Shown here: positions 8,129 through 18,549 of the stretch, one piece after another
How the letters are laid out: each line of letters opens with the position of its first letter
How positions within the stretch are numbered: position 1 is the first letter of the stretch
DNA from: a candidate division FCPU426 bacterium
GTDB lineage: Bacteria; Oederibacteriota; Muellerivitia; Muellerivitales; Muellerivitaceae
Assembly (NCBI GenBank): GCA_963796105.1
Contig: CAWCKJ010000004.1
Coordinates: 1,544,760 to 1,608,759, forward strand
DNA: 64,000 nt
Direction of reading: 5' to 3'
Notes under the pieces: model-generated
Database searches by the model: none
What the model was told of the DNA's origin: nothing
Seen by the model: the letters and a program-made list of their open reading frames with translations, nothing else
Made by a program: the position numbers and the translations under genes

Positions 8129-9328
8129 ATGAAACAACTTACACTTCCGCTTCCCCTGGGTTATATCGCCTCCGGCGTCCACGCGGGATTGAAGAAAGAC
8201 CGCAGGTTAGACCTGGCGTTAATTTGCTCCACTCTGCCGGCACAGGCCGTTGGAATGGTCACCACCAACCGCGTGAAGGCCGCCCCGGCCCGGCATACCG
8301 AAAAGGCCCTGAAGGCCGGACATGCAATCCAGGCGGCCGTGGTCACAACGGCAAACGCCAACGCCTTGACGGGCAAGCAGGGGGAGAAGGACGTGCAAAC
8401 CACCGTCAAATCCGCGGCCCATCTTTTGGGTTTAAACGAAAAATCGGTCCTGATGCATTCCACGGGAGTCATCGGGGTGCCTTTGCCCATGCCCAAAGTA
8501 TTGACGGGATTGAGGCATGCGGTTCTTTGCCTGAATCGAAAGGGCGGGATGGACGCGGCCAACGCCATTATGACCACGGATACCTTCGCGAAGGTTTCCG
8601 CCAGACCCTTTTCGGTTGGCGGTAAAAACGCCTGGCTGACGGGAATGGCCAAGGGTTCTGGAATGATTCATCCGAACATGGCCACGATGCTGGTTTATCT
8701 ATTGACGGATGCCGCCATCACCCGGCCGCTTTTACACAAAGCCCTCCGGGAGGCGGTTGAGGAAAGCTTCCACCGGATCACCGTGGACGGGGATGTTTCC
8801 ACCAACGATTCAGTGCTGTTGCTGGCCAACGGAGCCTGCTCCAACAAGCCCTTGGCTACAGTGGGGGCGGATTACCGGAATTTCGTGAAAGTCCTCAGCG
8901 AGGTCTGCCTGGACCTGGCGAAAGCCGTCGTGAGGGACGGGGAAGGCGCGACTAAATTCGTTACCATCACGGTTCGGGGAGCAAAGTCGGATTCGGACGC
9001 TTACCTGGCGGCCATGGCGGCGGCCAAATCCCCCCTGGTAAAAACCGCCCTGTTCGGGGCGGACCCCAACTGGGGAAGGGTCCTGGCAGCCGTGGGTTAT
9101 TCCGGGGCGCAGGCGGAAGAGTACAAGTCGAAAGTCTGGATCGGGGGCTACCGGGTTTACGACCGGGGGAAAAAAGTGGCCTGGTCGAGGGAAAGATTGA
9201 AAAAAATCCTTCAGGGAAACAACGTGGATATCGCGGTGGACCTGGGCCTGGGCAAGGGAAAATGTACCGTTTACACATGCGACCTGACGGATGGTTACAT
9301 CGACATCAACGGCCGTTATACGACCTAA
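8129..9328 (+). CDS. argJ: Ornithine acetyltransferase / N-acetylglutamate synthase
   Basis: STGVIG, IMTTDT, KGSGMIHPNMATML, DGDVSTND, DPNWGR. Confidence 0.97.
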   Translation: MKQLTLPLPLGYIASGVHAGLKKDRRLDLALICSTLPAQAVGMVTTNRVKAAPARHTEKALKAGHAIQAAVVTTANANALTGKQGEKDVQTTVKSAAHLLGLNEKSVLMHSTGVIGVPLPMPKVLTGLRHAVLCLNRKGGMDAANAIMTTDTFAKVSARPFSVGGKNAWLTGMAKGSGMIHPNMATMLVYLLTDAAITRPLLHKALREAVEESFHRITVDGDVSTNDSVLLLANGACSNKPLATVGADYRNFVKVLSEVCLDLAKAVVRDGEGATKFVTITVRGAKSDSDAYLAAMAAAKSPLVKTALFGADPNWGRVLAAVGYSGAQAEEYKSKVWIGGYRVYDRGKKVAWSRERLKKILQGNNVDIAVDLGLGKGKCTVYTCDLTDGYIDINGRYTT

Positions 9329-9384
9329 AAGTTCAAATCGTAAATTCATTCCGGGTTAACTGTTTCGGTGCAACTTCAGTTAGT

Positions 9385-9543
9385 TGTCATTGCGAGAAGC
9401 GTTTAATTCCTTGGTTTAAGCGACGAAGCAACCCCGGTTTATGCGTTCTAAATACGCCTATACTAAGTTTTAATCTTAGAATAATGGCAAACAACCCATA
9501 GACTTGGGTTGCTTCGCTTCATAATTCGAAGCTCGCAATGACA
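9385..9543. repeat. Palindromic intergenic element TGTCATTGCGAG...CTCGCAATGACA (RPE/REP-like)
   Basis: Perfect 12-bp terminal IR plus inner IR CGAAGCAACCC / GGGTTGCTTCG. Confidence 0.8.
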
Positions 9544-9602
9544 TCTTAAAGATGAAGGCTTTTTATAAAAATCGGATGGAGTGATTGAAGTAGGAGAGAC
9601 GA

Positions 9603-10646
9603 TTGAAAAAACCAAAAAACCAAAAGGGCGCTATCGGGGAAATCGGTGAATTCGGGTTCATCGGGAGAATCAGGACCCTCTTAAAGTCCGACCATCCCTC
9701 CGTCATCCAGGGTTTGGGAGACGATGCCGCCATCTTCAAGCCCTCGGCGGGCCACGAACTGATCTTCACCACCGACATGTTAGTGGAGGGCCGTCACTTC
9801 GATTTCCGCTACATCACGCCCTGGCAATTGGGAGCCAAAACCATGGCGGTCAACCTGAGCGACTGCGCGGCCATGGGAGCGAAACCCACCGTGGCGGTGC
9901 TTTCACTCGGGGTGCCTTCATCTTTTCCCGTGAAGGACTTAGAAGCCTTTTATGACGGCCTCAAGGGATGGGGGGAATCCTACGGGGCCAGGGTCGTGGG
10001 CGGCGACACGGTCGGAAGCGAAAAGTTCATCGTGAACCTGGCCTTGATCGGCGAGATTGAGCCGGGAAGATCCTTATTGAGAAGCGGGGCCAAAGCGGGG
10101 GACTCGGTCCTAGTGACAGGCACCCTGGGTGATTCCGCCGCCGGGCTTCACGCCCTCAGCCATCCCTCCCGGAAGGCCCAGGAAGCCGTTCCGCTTTTGG
10201 TCAAACGGCACCTGACGCCTGTACCGCGTTTCAACGTAGGCCGGTACCTTTCCACGAAGAGACTGGCGACCTCCGCCATTGATATCTCGGACGGCCTTTC
10301 CAGCGAGATTAACCATTTGTGCCGTGAATCCGGCGTGGGCGCGGAGATTCAAGAGGATGCCATTCCGCTTTCCATCGCCTTGATCCACTATTGCCATCAG
10401 AACAAGTTGAAACCGTTGGATTTCGCCTTGCGGGGCGGGGAAGACTACGAGCTTTTATTCACCGTGAAGACTTCCCTGGCCGAGCGAGTCTCCCATGAGC
10501 TATCCGCGGAAACGGGCGCGCCGGTTCATATCATCGGGAAGATGGTTTCCGCTTCCAAAGGGGTTCAACTCATCACCCGCGGGGGAAAAAGAAAATCCTT
10601 AAAGCCATCCGGCTATGATCATTTTTCGGGTTTGAAGAAATCTTAA
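9603..10646 (+). CDS. thiL: Thiamine-monophosphate kinase
   Basis: GDDAA, TTDMLVEGRHF, NLSDCAAMG, DISDGL, GGEDYEL. Confidence 0.97.
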   Translation: MKKPKNQKGAIGEIGEFGFIGRIRTLLKSDHPSVIQGLGDDAAIFKPSAGHELIFTTDMLVEGRHFDFRYITPWQLGAKTMAVNLSDCAAMGAKPTVAVLSLGVPSSFPVKDLEAFYDGLKGWGESYGARVVGGDTVGSEKFIVNLALIGEIEPGRSLLRSGAKAGDSVLVTGTLGDSAAGLHALSHPSRKAQEAVPLLVKRHLTPVPRFNVGRYLSTKRLATSAIDISDGLSSEINHLCRESGVGAEIQEDAIPLSIALIHYCHQNKLKPLDFALRGGEDYELLFTVKTSLAERVSHELSAETGAPVHIIGKMVSASKGVQLITRGGKRKSLKPSGYDHFSGLKKS

Positions 10647-10656
10647 AAACCAAATC

Positions 10657-10800
10657 CACCACAGGTTCCTTCGGAACCACAAAGGCACAGTAAAAAATGA
10701 CCGCGAAAGACAAAGGATTAAAACTGTGCCTCGCCTCTTATCCTTGTTATCTCAATATAGCCCAGCAAGTCACTGTGCGGTGCGAAGCACCGCTGTGGTA
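10657..10800. repeat. MITE-like ACCACAG...CTGTGGT element with internal hairpins
   Basis: Terminal IR and hairpins GGTTCC-TTC-GGAACC and GCGGTGC-GAA-GCACCGC. Relatives at 7742, 7941, 44947, 48144 and 57683. Confidence 0.75.
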
Positions 10801-10842
10801 AAAATGAATTTTTTTGAAAGTCCTTAATAACAGGGGTTCTTT

Positions 10843-11316
10843 TTGCTGACCACGAGTTTTAACTGCGAGACGCCGGAACAGACTCTCCAACTGGGGGAGC
10901 TGATCGGCTCCAAGGCATTGCGGGGCGAAGTCTGGTGTCTCAAGGGTTCCTTGGGGGCCGGCAAAACCCTTTTGGTGAAAGGCTTAGCCAAGGGGCTGGG
11001 TTATGAGGGTATGGTGACCTCTCCCACCTTCACGCTCCAGCATATTTATGAGGGGCGGCTGGCGCTTTACCATTTCGATTGGTACAGGCTTTCGAGCCCC
11101 TCGGAGGTGCAGGGCCTGGGCTGGGAGGAGTGGCTGGAGCGCGGCGGGGTGGTGGCGGTGGAGTGGGGCGATAAATTCCCGAAACTCATGCCCGAAAAAA
11201 CCCTTACAATGGAAATTGAAATTCTCTCGGACACAGTCAGGCGCGTGACGCTGGAAGCCGGGCATCCCGGAAGCATCCAGCGATTGGAGGAATTGATTAA
11301 ATGCTGGCCGCCCTAG
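10843..11316 (+). CDS. tsaE: t6A biosynthesis ATPase
   Basis: GSLGAGKT, VTSPTF, HFDWYRL, VEWG. Confidence 0.95.
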   Translation: MLTTSFNCETPEQTLQLGELIGSKALRGEVWCLKGSLGAGKTLLVKGLAKGLGYEGMVTSPTFTLQHIYEGRLALYHFDWYRLSSPSEVQGLGWEEWLERGGVVAVEWGDKFPKLMPEKTLTMEIEILSDTVRRVTLEAGHPGSIQRLEELIKCWPP

Positions 11317-11990
11317 AAACATCGACGCGATTTTCAAGCGTAGCCCTTCTCGACTTGGTCACGGGCGAGGAAATCGCCGAATGCTCCCTGCCCGCGGGTT
11401 GGGAGAGCTCATCGACCCTAGTTCCGGCCCTGGAAACACTCCTTCAACAGAAGGGATTTGATCCCAGGGACCTGGACGCGGTGGCGGTATCCACCGGGCC
11501 CGGAAGTTTCACGGGCATCCGGGTGGGCATGGCCACGGCGCAAGGCCTCTGCCTTCCCTCCAACCTCCTGGCTTATGGAGTCAATACCCTGGACGGTTTG
11601 GCGGAAAATCTCCGGCAAGCTGAGATGCTGGGGGAGGCCCTTTGCCTCCTGGACGCACAAAGGGGTGAGTGTTTTACGGGGCATTACCTAATTGAGCAGG
11701 AGGGTTTCCGCCACCTGAGTCCCCCGGGAATCATGAGCGTGGACATGATGCCGGCCCTGCTGAAAGAACGGGCCTGGATCGTCGGCCCAGGCGCCTTGAA
11801 ATTCGAGAAAGACATCCGGGAATGCATGGGGTCCAGCGCCATGTTCGCTTTCACGTCCCTTCACCAACCCAAAGCCATGAGCATCGCCCGTATCGCCTAC
11901 CGGCGTTGGAGGGATGGAATCCGCTCGACCGTTGACCAGTTGGAGCCCCTTTACCTGCGCCCCCCAGCCGTGGATGAACAAAAAAATTAG
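11301..11990 (+). CDS. tsaB: t6A biosynthesis protein
   Basis: ALETST, GPGSFTGIRVG, DAQRGE, PLYLR. Confidence 0.95.
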   Translation: MLAALETSTRFSSVALLDLVTGEEIAECSLPAGWESSSTLVPALETLLQQKGFDPRDLDAVAVSTGPGSFTGIRVGMATAQGLCLPSNLLAYGVNTLDGLAENLRQAEMLGEALCLLDAQRGECFTGHYLIEQEGFRHLSPPGIMSVDMMPALLKERAWIVGPGALKFEKDIRECMGSSAMFAFTSLHQPKAMSIARIAYRRWRDGIRSTVDQLEPLYLRPPAVDEQKN

Positions 11991-12145
11991 GAGTTGGCAG
12001 GGAGGAATTAGAAGTTGAAAAATTTCAAATATTCACCCACGACAAACAAAATCCCATTATGCTTTCGAGGAAAAGGAAACCAAAGAAATTGAGCCGAAAA
12101 TTATTCCCCTTAATTCCTAATTCCTCATTTCTCATTCCTAATTCG
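11985..12145. repeat. Inverted heptamer arrays (AATTAGG-like x5 ... TAATTCC-like x5)
   Basis: 7-bp periodicity at 11985-12019 and 12111-12145 in opposite orientation. Confidence 0.6.
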
Positions 12146-12150
12146 CCATC

Positions 12151-12600
12151 ATGATCTTCAGGCCCATGCTGTTGGAAGACCTGGACCAAGTGGCGGAGAT
12201 TGAGAAAAATTCCATGCCCTCCCCCTGGTCCAAGGAATTGTTCGAGGAAGAACTCCACCGGGATTTGGCGCATTATTTCGTCATGGAAGAGGATGGGAAG
12301 GTCGCGGGTTACATGGGCTATTGGGAAGCCCCCCAGGAAGCCCATATCATCACTTTGGCGGTTCATTCCGGATACCGGTCCAAGGGTTTGGGAAGCAGGA
12401 TCATCCAACAATGCCTTGCTTATGCCTTCAAGCGGGGGGCCAGGCTGGCAACCCTGGAAGTTCGGGAAGGCAATGAGGCGGCCAGGGGCCTCTATGAGAA
12501 ATGCGGGTTTCGGTTCATCGCGATCCGTAAAAAATATTACAGTGACAACCTGGAAGACGCGATTGTGATGATCCGGGAACTTACGGATGAAACGGCCTGA
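12151..12600 (+). CDS. rimI: Ribosomal protein S18 alanine N-acetyltransferase
   Basis: GNAT; TLEVR..N..A..LY...GF..RKKYYSDN.EDA; follows tsaB. Confidence 0.92.
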   Translation: MIFRPMLLEDLDQVAEIEKNSMPSPWSKELFEEELHRDLAHYFVMEEDGKVAGYMGYWEAPQEAHIITLAVHSGYRSKGLGSRIIQQCLAYAFKRGARLATLEVREGNEAARGLYEKCGFRFIAIRKKYYSDNLEDAIVMIRELTDETA

Positions 12601-12700
12601 GGGACTGAATAGAGTTTTATTTTTGAAATCAATGATCTATCACGAGAATATTTAGTATATAGCTTTGTTTTAATACCGACATTTTGTTAAAAGGTCATTC

Positions 12701-14047
12701 ATGCCTGAACCGTTTCAAAATTTACTATCCACCTTGCGAGACACCAGCGAGGAAGCCTTCGAGGTGGTTTTCAAGAAACCCATCAACCTCCTGGGGGAGC
12801 AAGGGATTAAGGCCCGCAGGATGTTCCTGGGACTTCCCTCGCGCCAGAAAACCACTATTTACGCGGGTGTCCTCTGGGTCATCCCGATCGTCATTGTCAA
12901 CCAATATGTCACCCTCTATATGGTGGATATGGGCCTTTCCAAGACGGAGGTGGGGGTTTACCAGTCCTTGATGGGGCTGGTGAGTTTGGTCGGGTACTTT
13001 CTGGGCGGTTATCTTTCCGACGCCTGGGGAAGAAAAAAAACATTGATTACTTTCGACATACTCAGCTGGGGGGGATATTGTTTTTGCCTGGCGGTGGCGA
13101 GCAATAAGTGGTGGTGCGTGGCGGCCATTTTCTTCATGGCCACCAATTCTGGATCGACAGCTCCCTACATCTGCCTCTTGGCGGAGGGCGTTTCCGCCAA
13201 GGCCAGGTCTCTTGTTTTTTCCGTCCTGGCCATCGTCAACATGATTCCGTCCCTGGCGTTTCTTCCCCTCGTGGGGGGGATCTGGGTGAACCAGATGGGC
13301 CGATTGAAAGCCTGCCACGAGATGTTCTGGCTTTTCTTCGCCCTGATCGCCTTGGGCATTGGTTTGAGGTGGAAATTTCTCCCGGAATCCCCGACCTTCG
13401 AGAAGCCCCCTGACTCCTGGCTTCAAGTTTTCCGAGAGGGTCTGCTCCAATATTGGAAATCCCTCCGGATTTTTTTCCAAAAGAAAACATCCAGGGTCCT
13501 TCTTCTGTCCAAATTCCTGGATGAATGGATCATCTGGGCCTGGGGCACTTATTCCTCCCTTTATTATGTAGACCATCTCGGCTTGAAGGATTCCTATCTC
13601 TCGATCCTGGGTCCTGTCTCCACCTATGTGGCTTCTTTGGTGGTTTTCCTGTTCGTCCCCCAGCTTACGCAAAAACAAGTGGTGAAAATCTTGGGGGGGG
13701 ATCAATTGTTCGGCATTGCCTCCTTCGCGGTCCTCCTGCTTCTTTCCTCCGGCGGAAACAACATCCTCCTGGTTTGCCTGTTATCCGCGAGCTTGGGCGC
13801 CGTCGGGGGAGCCCTTTATGGTTCGGTTACCGTTTCCGTGTGGATGAACATCATGAGGGAAAAGGAAAGGGGGAAGGTGGTGGCGGCCTCTTACGCTGTC
13901 ATCAAGCTGGGCCTCCTGACCGGGACGTTTGGCGCCCTTATCTATGGAAAAGTCTCACCCGTTGTATTGCTTTATTTGATGATCGCTTTGCGAATTTTAA
14001 ATTTTTACCTATTGCGGCGCGCCTCAAGACTCCTTCTGAAAGCTTGA
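12701..14047 (+). CDS. MFS transporter
   Basis: GGYLSDAWGRKK motif A; about 12 hydrophobic segments. Confidence 0.88.
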   Translation: MPEPFQNLLSTLRDTSEEAFEVVFKKPINLLGEQGIKARRMFLGLPSRQKTTIYAGVLWVIPIVIVNQYVTLYMVDMGLSKTEVGVYQSLMGLVSLVGYFLGGYLSDAWGRKKTLITFDILSWGGYCFCLAVASNKWWCVAAIFFMATNSGSTAPYICLLAEGVSAKARSLVFSVLAIVNMIPSLAFLPLVGGIWVNQMGRLKACHEMFWLFFALIALGIGLRWKFLPESPTFEKPPDSWLQVFREGLLQYWKSLRIFFQKKTSRVLLLSKFLDEWIIWAWGTYSSLYYVDHLGLKDSYLSILGPVSTYVASLVVFLFVPQLTQKQVVKILGGDQLFGIASFAVLLLLSSGGNNILLVCLLSASLGAVGGALYGSVTVSVWMNIMREKERGKVVAASYAVIKLGLLTGTFGALIYGKVSPVVLLYLMIALRILNFYLLRRASRLLLKA

Positions 14048-14073
14048 TGAACCGATAACTGAAAAGGGATGGA

Positions 14074-14947
14074 ATGGGTTACCTATACGCCTTAGCGGCT
14101 TTCGCCTGCATCGGCAGTTACCTGGTGCCGATTCGCTTTTCCTCGGCCAAGGGAATATCCTTCCTGCCCCTCATGGGTTTGGGAATGATCCTGATTGAGC
14201 TGTTCCGATGGGAGTCGGTCAAATCGCTCTGGGCCCATCCCCTTTGGTTTTGGGGAAGCCTGGGTTCGGGGTTTCTTTGGGTCCTGGGCCAGGGTTTCGG
14301 AAACCTGGCGCTGGAGGAAATAAGCCTGGCGAAAGCCGCCACTTTCTACAATATCAATACTTTCATCAACATCGGCCTGGGTTTGGCCCTCTTCAAGGAA
14401 GCCTCGGGTTGGAAATCCTACCTCTTATTGCTGGCGGGGGGATGCCTGCTTTTCATCGGAGCTCTCTGGGTGTCCAGAGCGTCCGCTACGCCTGCCAAGG
14501 AAAATAACCTGAAAAAGGGAATCTGGATGAGCTTGTGCGCCGGGTTTTTCTGGGGAATTTACTTCGCTCCGGTGAAGGCGCTCCAGGTTTTTTCCCCTGA
14601 GCCCGCCCTCTCGTCTTTGGACATTCTCGCTGGTCTTGTGTTGGGGGGAAGCCTGCCGGCCCTGGCTTTGGGATTGTTTCAATCCCGGAAGATACTGGAC
14701 TTTCCGAAACACGGCTTGCGGCGTCACCTGCGCCGTGCTTTGGAACGTCGGGACTTTCTTTTTTTTAATGGCCATCCAGACCCTGGGACTTTCACGCGCC
14801 GTTCCCGTGATTAACGCCAACAGCTTGGTTTACGCGGCATGGTCTTTTTTCGTTTTCAAGGAACTTCCATTGTCCCAAGGCGGAAAAGTCCTGGGGGGAA
14901 CCGCCTTAGCTGTTATGGGAATAATTCTTCTGGCCTGTTCCGCGTAA
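14074..14947 (+). CDS. DMT/GRP-family transporter, frameshifted near 14690
   Basis: Two internal repeats each ending in FKE. The C-terminal part is in ORF 14636-14947. Confidence 0.7.
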
Positions 14948-15059
14948 AAAACCCGTAATATTTTCAGATTCAAAAGGGCTTAAAAATATATATTTCCGGT
15001 GGATTTCGAGTTCTTTAACGCTTGAAAGTTTTTAGTTAAAACCACATAATCTTTTTTCC

Positions 15060-15635
15060 ATGAAAACACAAAACAATATCGCATTCAAGGAATGGGCGGT
15101 CATCCTCAAGGCTTTGGAGGAAGGCAAGCAAACCATTCTTTTGGGCAAGGACGGCATCCAGGAAGAGGGCGGGGATTTCAAACCCGAACATCCCGAGTTT
15201 TTCCTTTATCCGACCCTGGAGCACGAGTCCGCGCAAGGGATCAAGCCGGACTGGCGCCCGCGGCTTGCCGCCATCGAGCGTGAAAACAAGGACCCCAAAC
15301 GGATCCATTTCAGGCTTTACGGCATATTGGAAAACACGGTAAAAGTGACCGATTGGGAAATTTGCAAGCGGATCATTCCCTTCACGGTTTTTAGCGATGA
15401 GGCTGTGGAAAAACGCTTCAACGGCGGGGATTGGCAGGGTGTTTTCATTTTTATCGTGCGCGCTTTTTTTTTGCCGGTGCCCCTGGATCTTCCCTTAAAG
15501 CCGCCGTACACCGGCTTTAAATCATGGGTCCCCCTGGAAACTTCCATGTTTACCTCGGGATCCCTTCCCGTGATCCCCGATGGGGCCTGGCCTTACACCA
15601 AAGAACGCATTTTGAAAATGCTGTCAGCCGGTTGA
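15060..15635 (+). CDS. DUF1802 family protein
   Basis: AFKEWAV..AL..G.QTILL.K.GI.E, FFLYPT.EH, G.KSWV. Confidence 0.85.
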   Translation: MKTQNNIAFKEWAVILKALEEGKQTILLGKDGIQEEGGDFKPEHPEFFLYPTLEHESAQGIKPDWRPRLAAIERENKDPKRIHFRLYGILENTVKVTDWEICKRIIPFTVFSDEAVEKRFNGGDWQGVFIFIVRAFFLPVPLDLPLKPPYTGFKSWVPLETSMFTSGSLPVIPDGAWPYTKERILKMLSAG

Positions 15636-15674
15636 GCCCAATCTGAAAATCCTTGCGGACCAATCCCTGAAACC

Positions 15675-16514
15675 ATGAAACTCAAGACAGCTGTCGCGGG
15701 CCAGTTCTATCCCCGGGAAAAAATCCAATTGGAGAAGGTTCTGGAAACTTTCCGGACCCAGAGCCAGCCGGCCCCTTTGCCAGGCGAGCCTGTCGGAATG
15801 CTGCTGCCCCACGCTGGATATCCCTATTCGGGCGCCGTGGCTTCCTTGGGTTATCTTTCCCTTCTTTCCCGCGGCATTGAGACGGTGGTGGTGGCCGGCC
15901 CCAGTCATTATGTTTCCTTCGGCGGGATCTCGATTTTCGCGGGGGAGGCGGTACAGACCCCCCTGGGGGACCTGCCGGTTGACCAGGAGGCCTGCCGGAT
16001 TCTGATGGATGAGGACGAGCATTTCGCTGAATTTCCCCAAGCTTTCACCCGCGAGCATTCCGTGGAGGTGCATTTTCCGCTTATCCGCCATTTCCTTCCC
16101 GGCGCGAAAGTTGTGCCATTAGTCCTGGGACAGGGTTCGGAGGAAACCGCGGTGCCCTTGGTCAAGGGGCTGAAGGCTTTGAGGAAAGTAAAACCGTTTC
16201 TATTCGTGGCTTCCTCGGACCTTTCGCATTTTCCGGATTATGACACGGCCAACAAGGCGGACCGGCAATTTTTGGAAGCCCTCCTGTCAGGGGACGAGAA
16301 AAAGGTAAGGCAAGCCGACGAAAAAATCATGTCCAGCGGCCTGAGGGATTATCATTGCACCCACTGCGGCAGGGAACCGGTCTCGGCGCTTTTGAAATGG
16401 GCCAGGCAGGAAAACGCGGAAAAAATTCAAACATTAGCCTACAGAAACTCGGGTGATGTCACGGGGGATCTTTCGCGGGTCGTGGGTTATTCCTGCGTCG
16501 CTTTTTGTAAATAA
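15675..16514 (+). CDS. MEMO1 family (AmmeMemoRadiSam protein B)
   Basis: VAGQFYP, PHAGYPYSG, EHSVEV, SSDLSH, SGDV..VVGY. Confidence 0.92.
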   Translation: MKLKTAVAGQFYPREKIQLEKVLETFRTQSQPAPLPGEPVGMLLPHAGYPYSGAVASLGYLSLLSRGIETVVVAGPSHYVSFGGISIFAGEAVQTPLGDLPVDQEACRILMDEDEHFAEFPQAFTREHSVEVHFPLIRHFLPGAKVVPLVLGQGSEETAVPLVKGLKALRKVKPFLFVASSDLSHFPDYDTANKADRQFLEALLSGDEKKVRQADEKIMSSGLRDYHCTHCGREPVSALLKWARQENAEKIQTLAYRNSGDVTGDLSRVVGYSCVAFCK

Positions 16515-16767
16515 AAAAACAAGCGTTGTTGAGCCGTTTGAGCAAAGCCAAGAAATCCTATTACCCTTTGAGGATCCACTCCGCCGTCATTGTAAGGGGT
16601 TCAATTCGGTTTTATAATGCGGTATAACCTTAATTTAATCGTGAAGTTCTTGACCTGACTGTCCAGCCGAGCTATACCAACTGACCCCGCCCTTGAAAAG
16701 ACGGCTGGAATTTCTCATCATGACTTAAGTAACTGACTCATAAACGTCCATTCCATGGAGAATATTA

Positions 16768-17271
16768 ATGATTGAAATGAAAGTGAGGGGAATCGCGGTT
16801 GATCCCAACCTGAAGACCCCCGCGGTGATCCTGACCGATGAGGAGGAAAAACGATATCTTCCCATTTGGATCGGCGTGGCGGAAGCCACCGCCATTTTTA
16901 TCCAGTTGAATGAGCAAACCCTTCCCAGGCCCATGACCCATGATCTCCTCAAAAGCGTCATTGAGACCCTGGGGGCCAAAGTGATCAAGGTTTTGGTCAA
17001 CGACATCAACCAGAACACATTTTTCGCGAGGATTTTCCTGGAGTTTCCCGAGGCGGGTGAGAGGTTCGATATAGACGCGAGGCCCTCGGATGCCATCGCC
17101 TTGGCACTGCGGACAAATTCCCCTATCTTCGTGGCGGAAAAGGTGGTGGTCAACGCCACCATAGTGGATAAGGATAAGTACAAGGAAGAGATGAGCGAGT
17201 TCAAGAAATTCCTGGAGAATCTCACCCCGACCGACTTTAAGGATATTTCAGGGCCCGCCGCGGAGAGTTGA
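16768..17271 (+). CDS. Bifunctional nuclease family (DUF151)
   Basis: LPIWIG..EA, PRPMTHDL, DARPSDAIALA. Confidence 0.93.
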   Translation: MIEMKVRGIAVDPNLKTPAVILTDEEEKRYLPIWIGVAEATAIFIQLNEQTLPRPMTHDLLKSVIETLGAKVIKVLVNDINQNTFFARIFLEFPEAGERFDIDARPSDAIALALRTNSPIFVAEKVVVNATIVDKDKYKEEMSEFKKFLENLTPTDFKDISGPAAES

Positions 17272-17413
17272 GCCTGTATCCCCTGGTTTAAAGATTGGGA
17301 ATTTCAATATATGGGATCCTTTATAAAGAAGGACCCACCCCCCTATTTTTCCCAAGAGGTTTATTGGTTTTAACCTTCTGACGGCGCTCAAGTGATCCGG
17401 GAAAGGAACAAAG

Positions 17414-17746
17414 GTGTACGCGTCGAATCAAGTTTCCGGCCCCTTAGCCTTGACGGACGCCCACTTTATCCTTTTATTCCACACGACCCATGAGACCATG
17501 CATGCTGAGTCCATTTTAAAGACGAACCGCATGCGGTTTAAATTGATCCCGCGGCCCCGGGTCATCGAGGATGATTGCGGGTTGGGCTTGGTGATCGTCA
17601 AGGATGACAGGGGCCAGGTTGAGTTTCTCCTGAAAGCCGCTGAAATCTACATCAAGGCCGCATTTCATGTTGAAAAGGACGGAAATTGGACCAGGGAAAA
17701 TTATCCACAAGCGCCAATTTACTACGACTCTCCACCCTCGGGCTGA
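17414..17746 (+). CDS. DUF3343 family protein
   Basis: F.TTH..M.AE..L, LIPRPR.I..DCGL. Confidence 0.75.
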   Translation: MYASNQVSGPLALTDAHFILLFHTTHETMHAESILKTNRMRFKLIPRPRVIEDDCGLGLVIVKDDRGQVEFLLKAAEIYIKAAFHVEKDGNWTRENYPQAPIYYDSPPSG

Positions 17747-17934
17747 ATTTCAGCTTTTCCATATTCCTGGGAATGGGTTTGGGGTGGTGTCTTTATAAAT
17801 GGCTGCACTTGGGGGGGTGGGTCATCATCGCCGGCTTATTGATCGGCATTGTATCCAGTTATGTCCTACTAATAGAAGATTTAAGAGCCCTCACGGCGCC
17901 ACCAGGATCCTCCCCAAATGAGAAAAATAAATAA
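17686..17934 (+). CDS. AtpZ/AtpI (ATP synthase gene 1) family protein
   Basis: Small two-TM protein at the head of the atp operon. Confidence 0.65.
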   Translation: MDQGKLSTSANLLRLSTLGLNFSFSIFLGMGLGWCLYKWLHLGGWVIIAGLLIGIVSSYVLLIEDLRALTAPPGSSPNEKNK

Positions 17935-18331
17935 TATTTTCCAAGAGGGCATTCCCTTGAGTGCTTTGCTATGGAAAGCTTGCCTTGGAACCTTGTTGGG
18001 TGGATTCCTTTTAGGTATTGGCGCCGCCATTTCGGGAAATCCACATCTGGCGTTGGGGTTCTTGTTGGGAGCTTTATTGTCAGTTTTAAATTTCCTTTTT
18101 TTAAATACCCTGGTCGTGAAAGTGTTATCAGCGGGCGGGGTAAAGGGAAACAAGATATTTTGGTCCCAGCAAGTCCTTCGCTGGATTGCATTTGCCTTGA
18201 TTGTTTTAGTCTTGGTGCGTGTTTCCTTTCCCTGTCTTTTAGGCGCCCTTGGCAGTTATCTTTGGTTTCTGGCGCTTTTGGCCTGGCTGGGTTGGCGTTC
18301 CGCCAGGACGGGAAAAAATATTAAACTTTAA
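17918..18331 (+). CDS. atpI: ATP synthase protein I
   Basis: Four TM segments, GALLSVLNF motif, located before atpB. Confidence 0.7.
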   Translation: MRKINNIFQEGIPLSALLWKACLGTLLGGFLLGIGAAISGNPHLALGFLLGALLSVLNFLFLNTLVVKVLSAGGVKGNKIFWSQQVLRWIAFALIVLVLVRVSFPCLLGALGSYLWFLALLAWLGWRSARTGKNIKL

Positions 18332-18396
18332 GCTAAATAATAATTTTCATCCTTCAAAAATATTTTTTGGATATTTCCTCCCGCTTTTAAATAGCG

Positions 18397-18425
18397 TTGA
18401 CCATTCAAGAATCCCCCATTAGACT
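18397..18425 (+). promoter_or_regulatory. Putative sigma70 promoter upstream of atpB
   Basis: TTGACC-17 bp-TAGACT. Confidence 0.5.
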
Positions 18426-18549
18426 AACCCTTGTTTTTCTGGGGAGAACTTTTTCTCAAAGTTTACGGCGAGTTCCAACGCTTTTTCCATTCATGCTCCC
18501 GAACTTTCAGATCCATTATTGTCACAAGACTTGAGAAAGGCTCCAGTCC

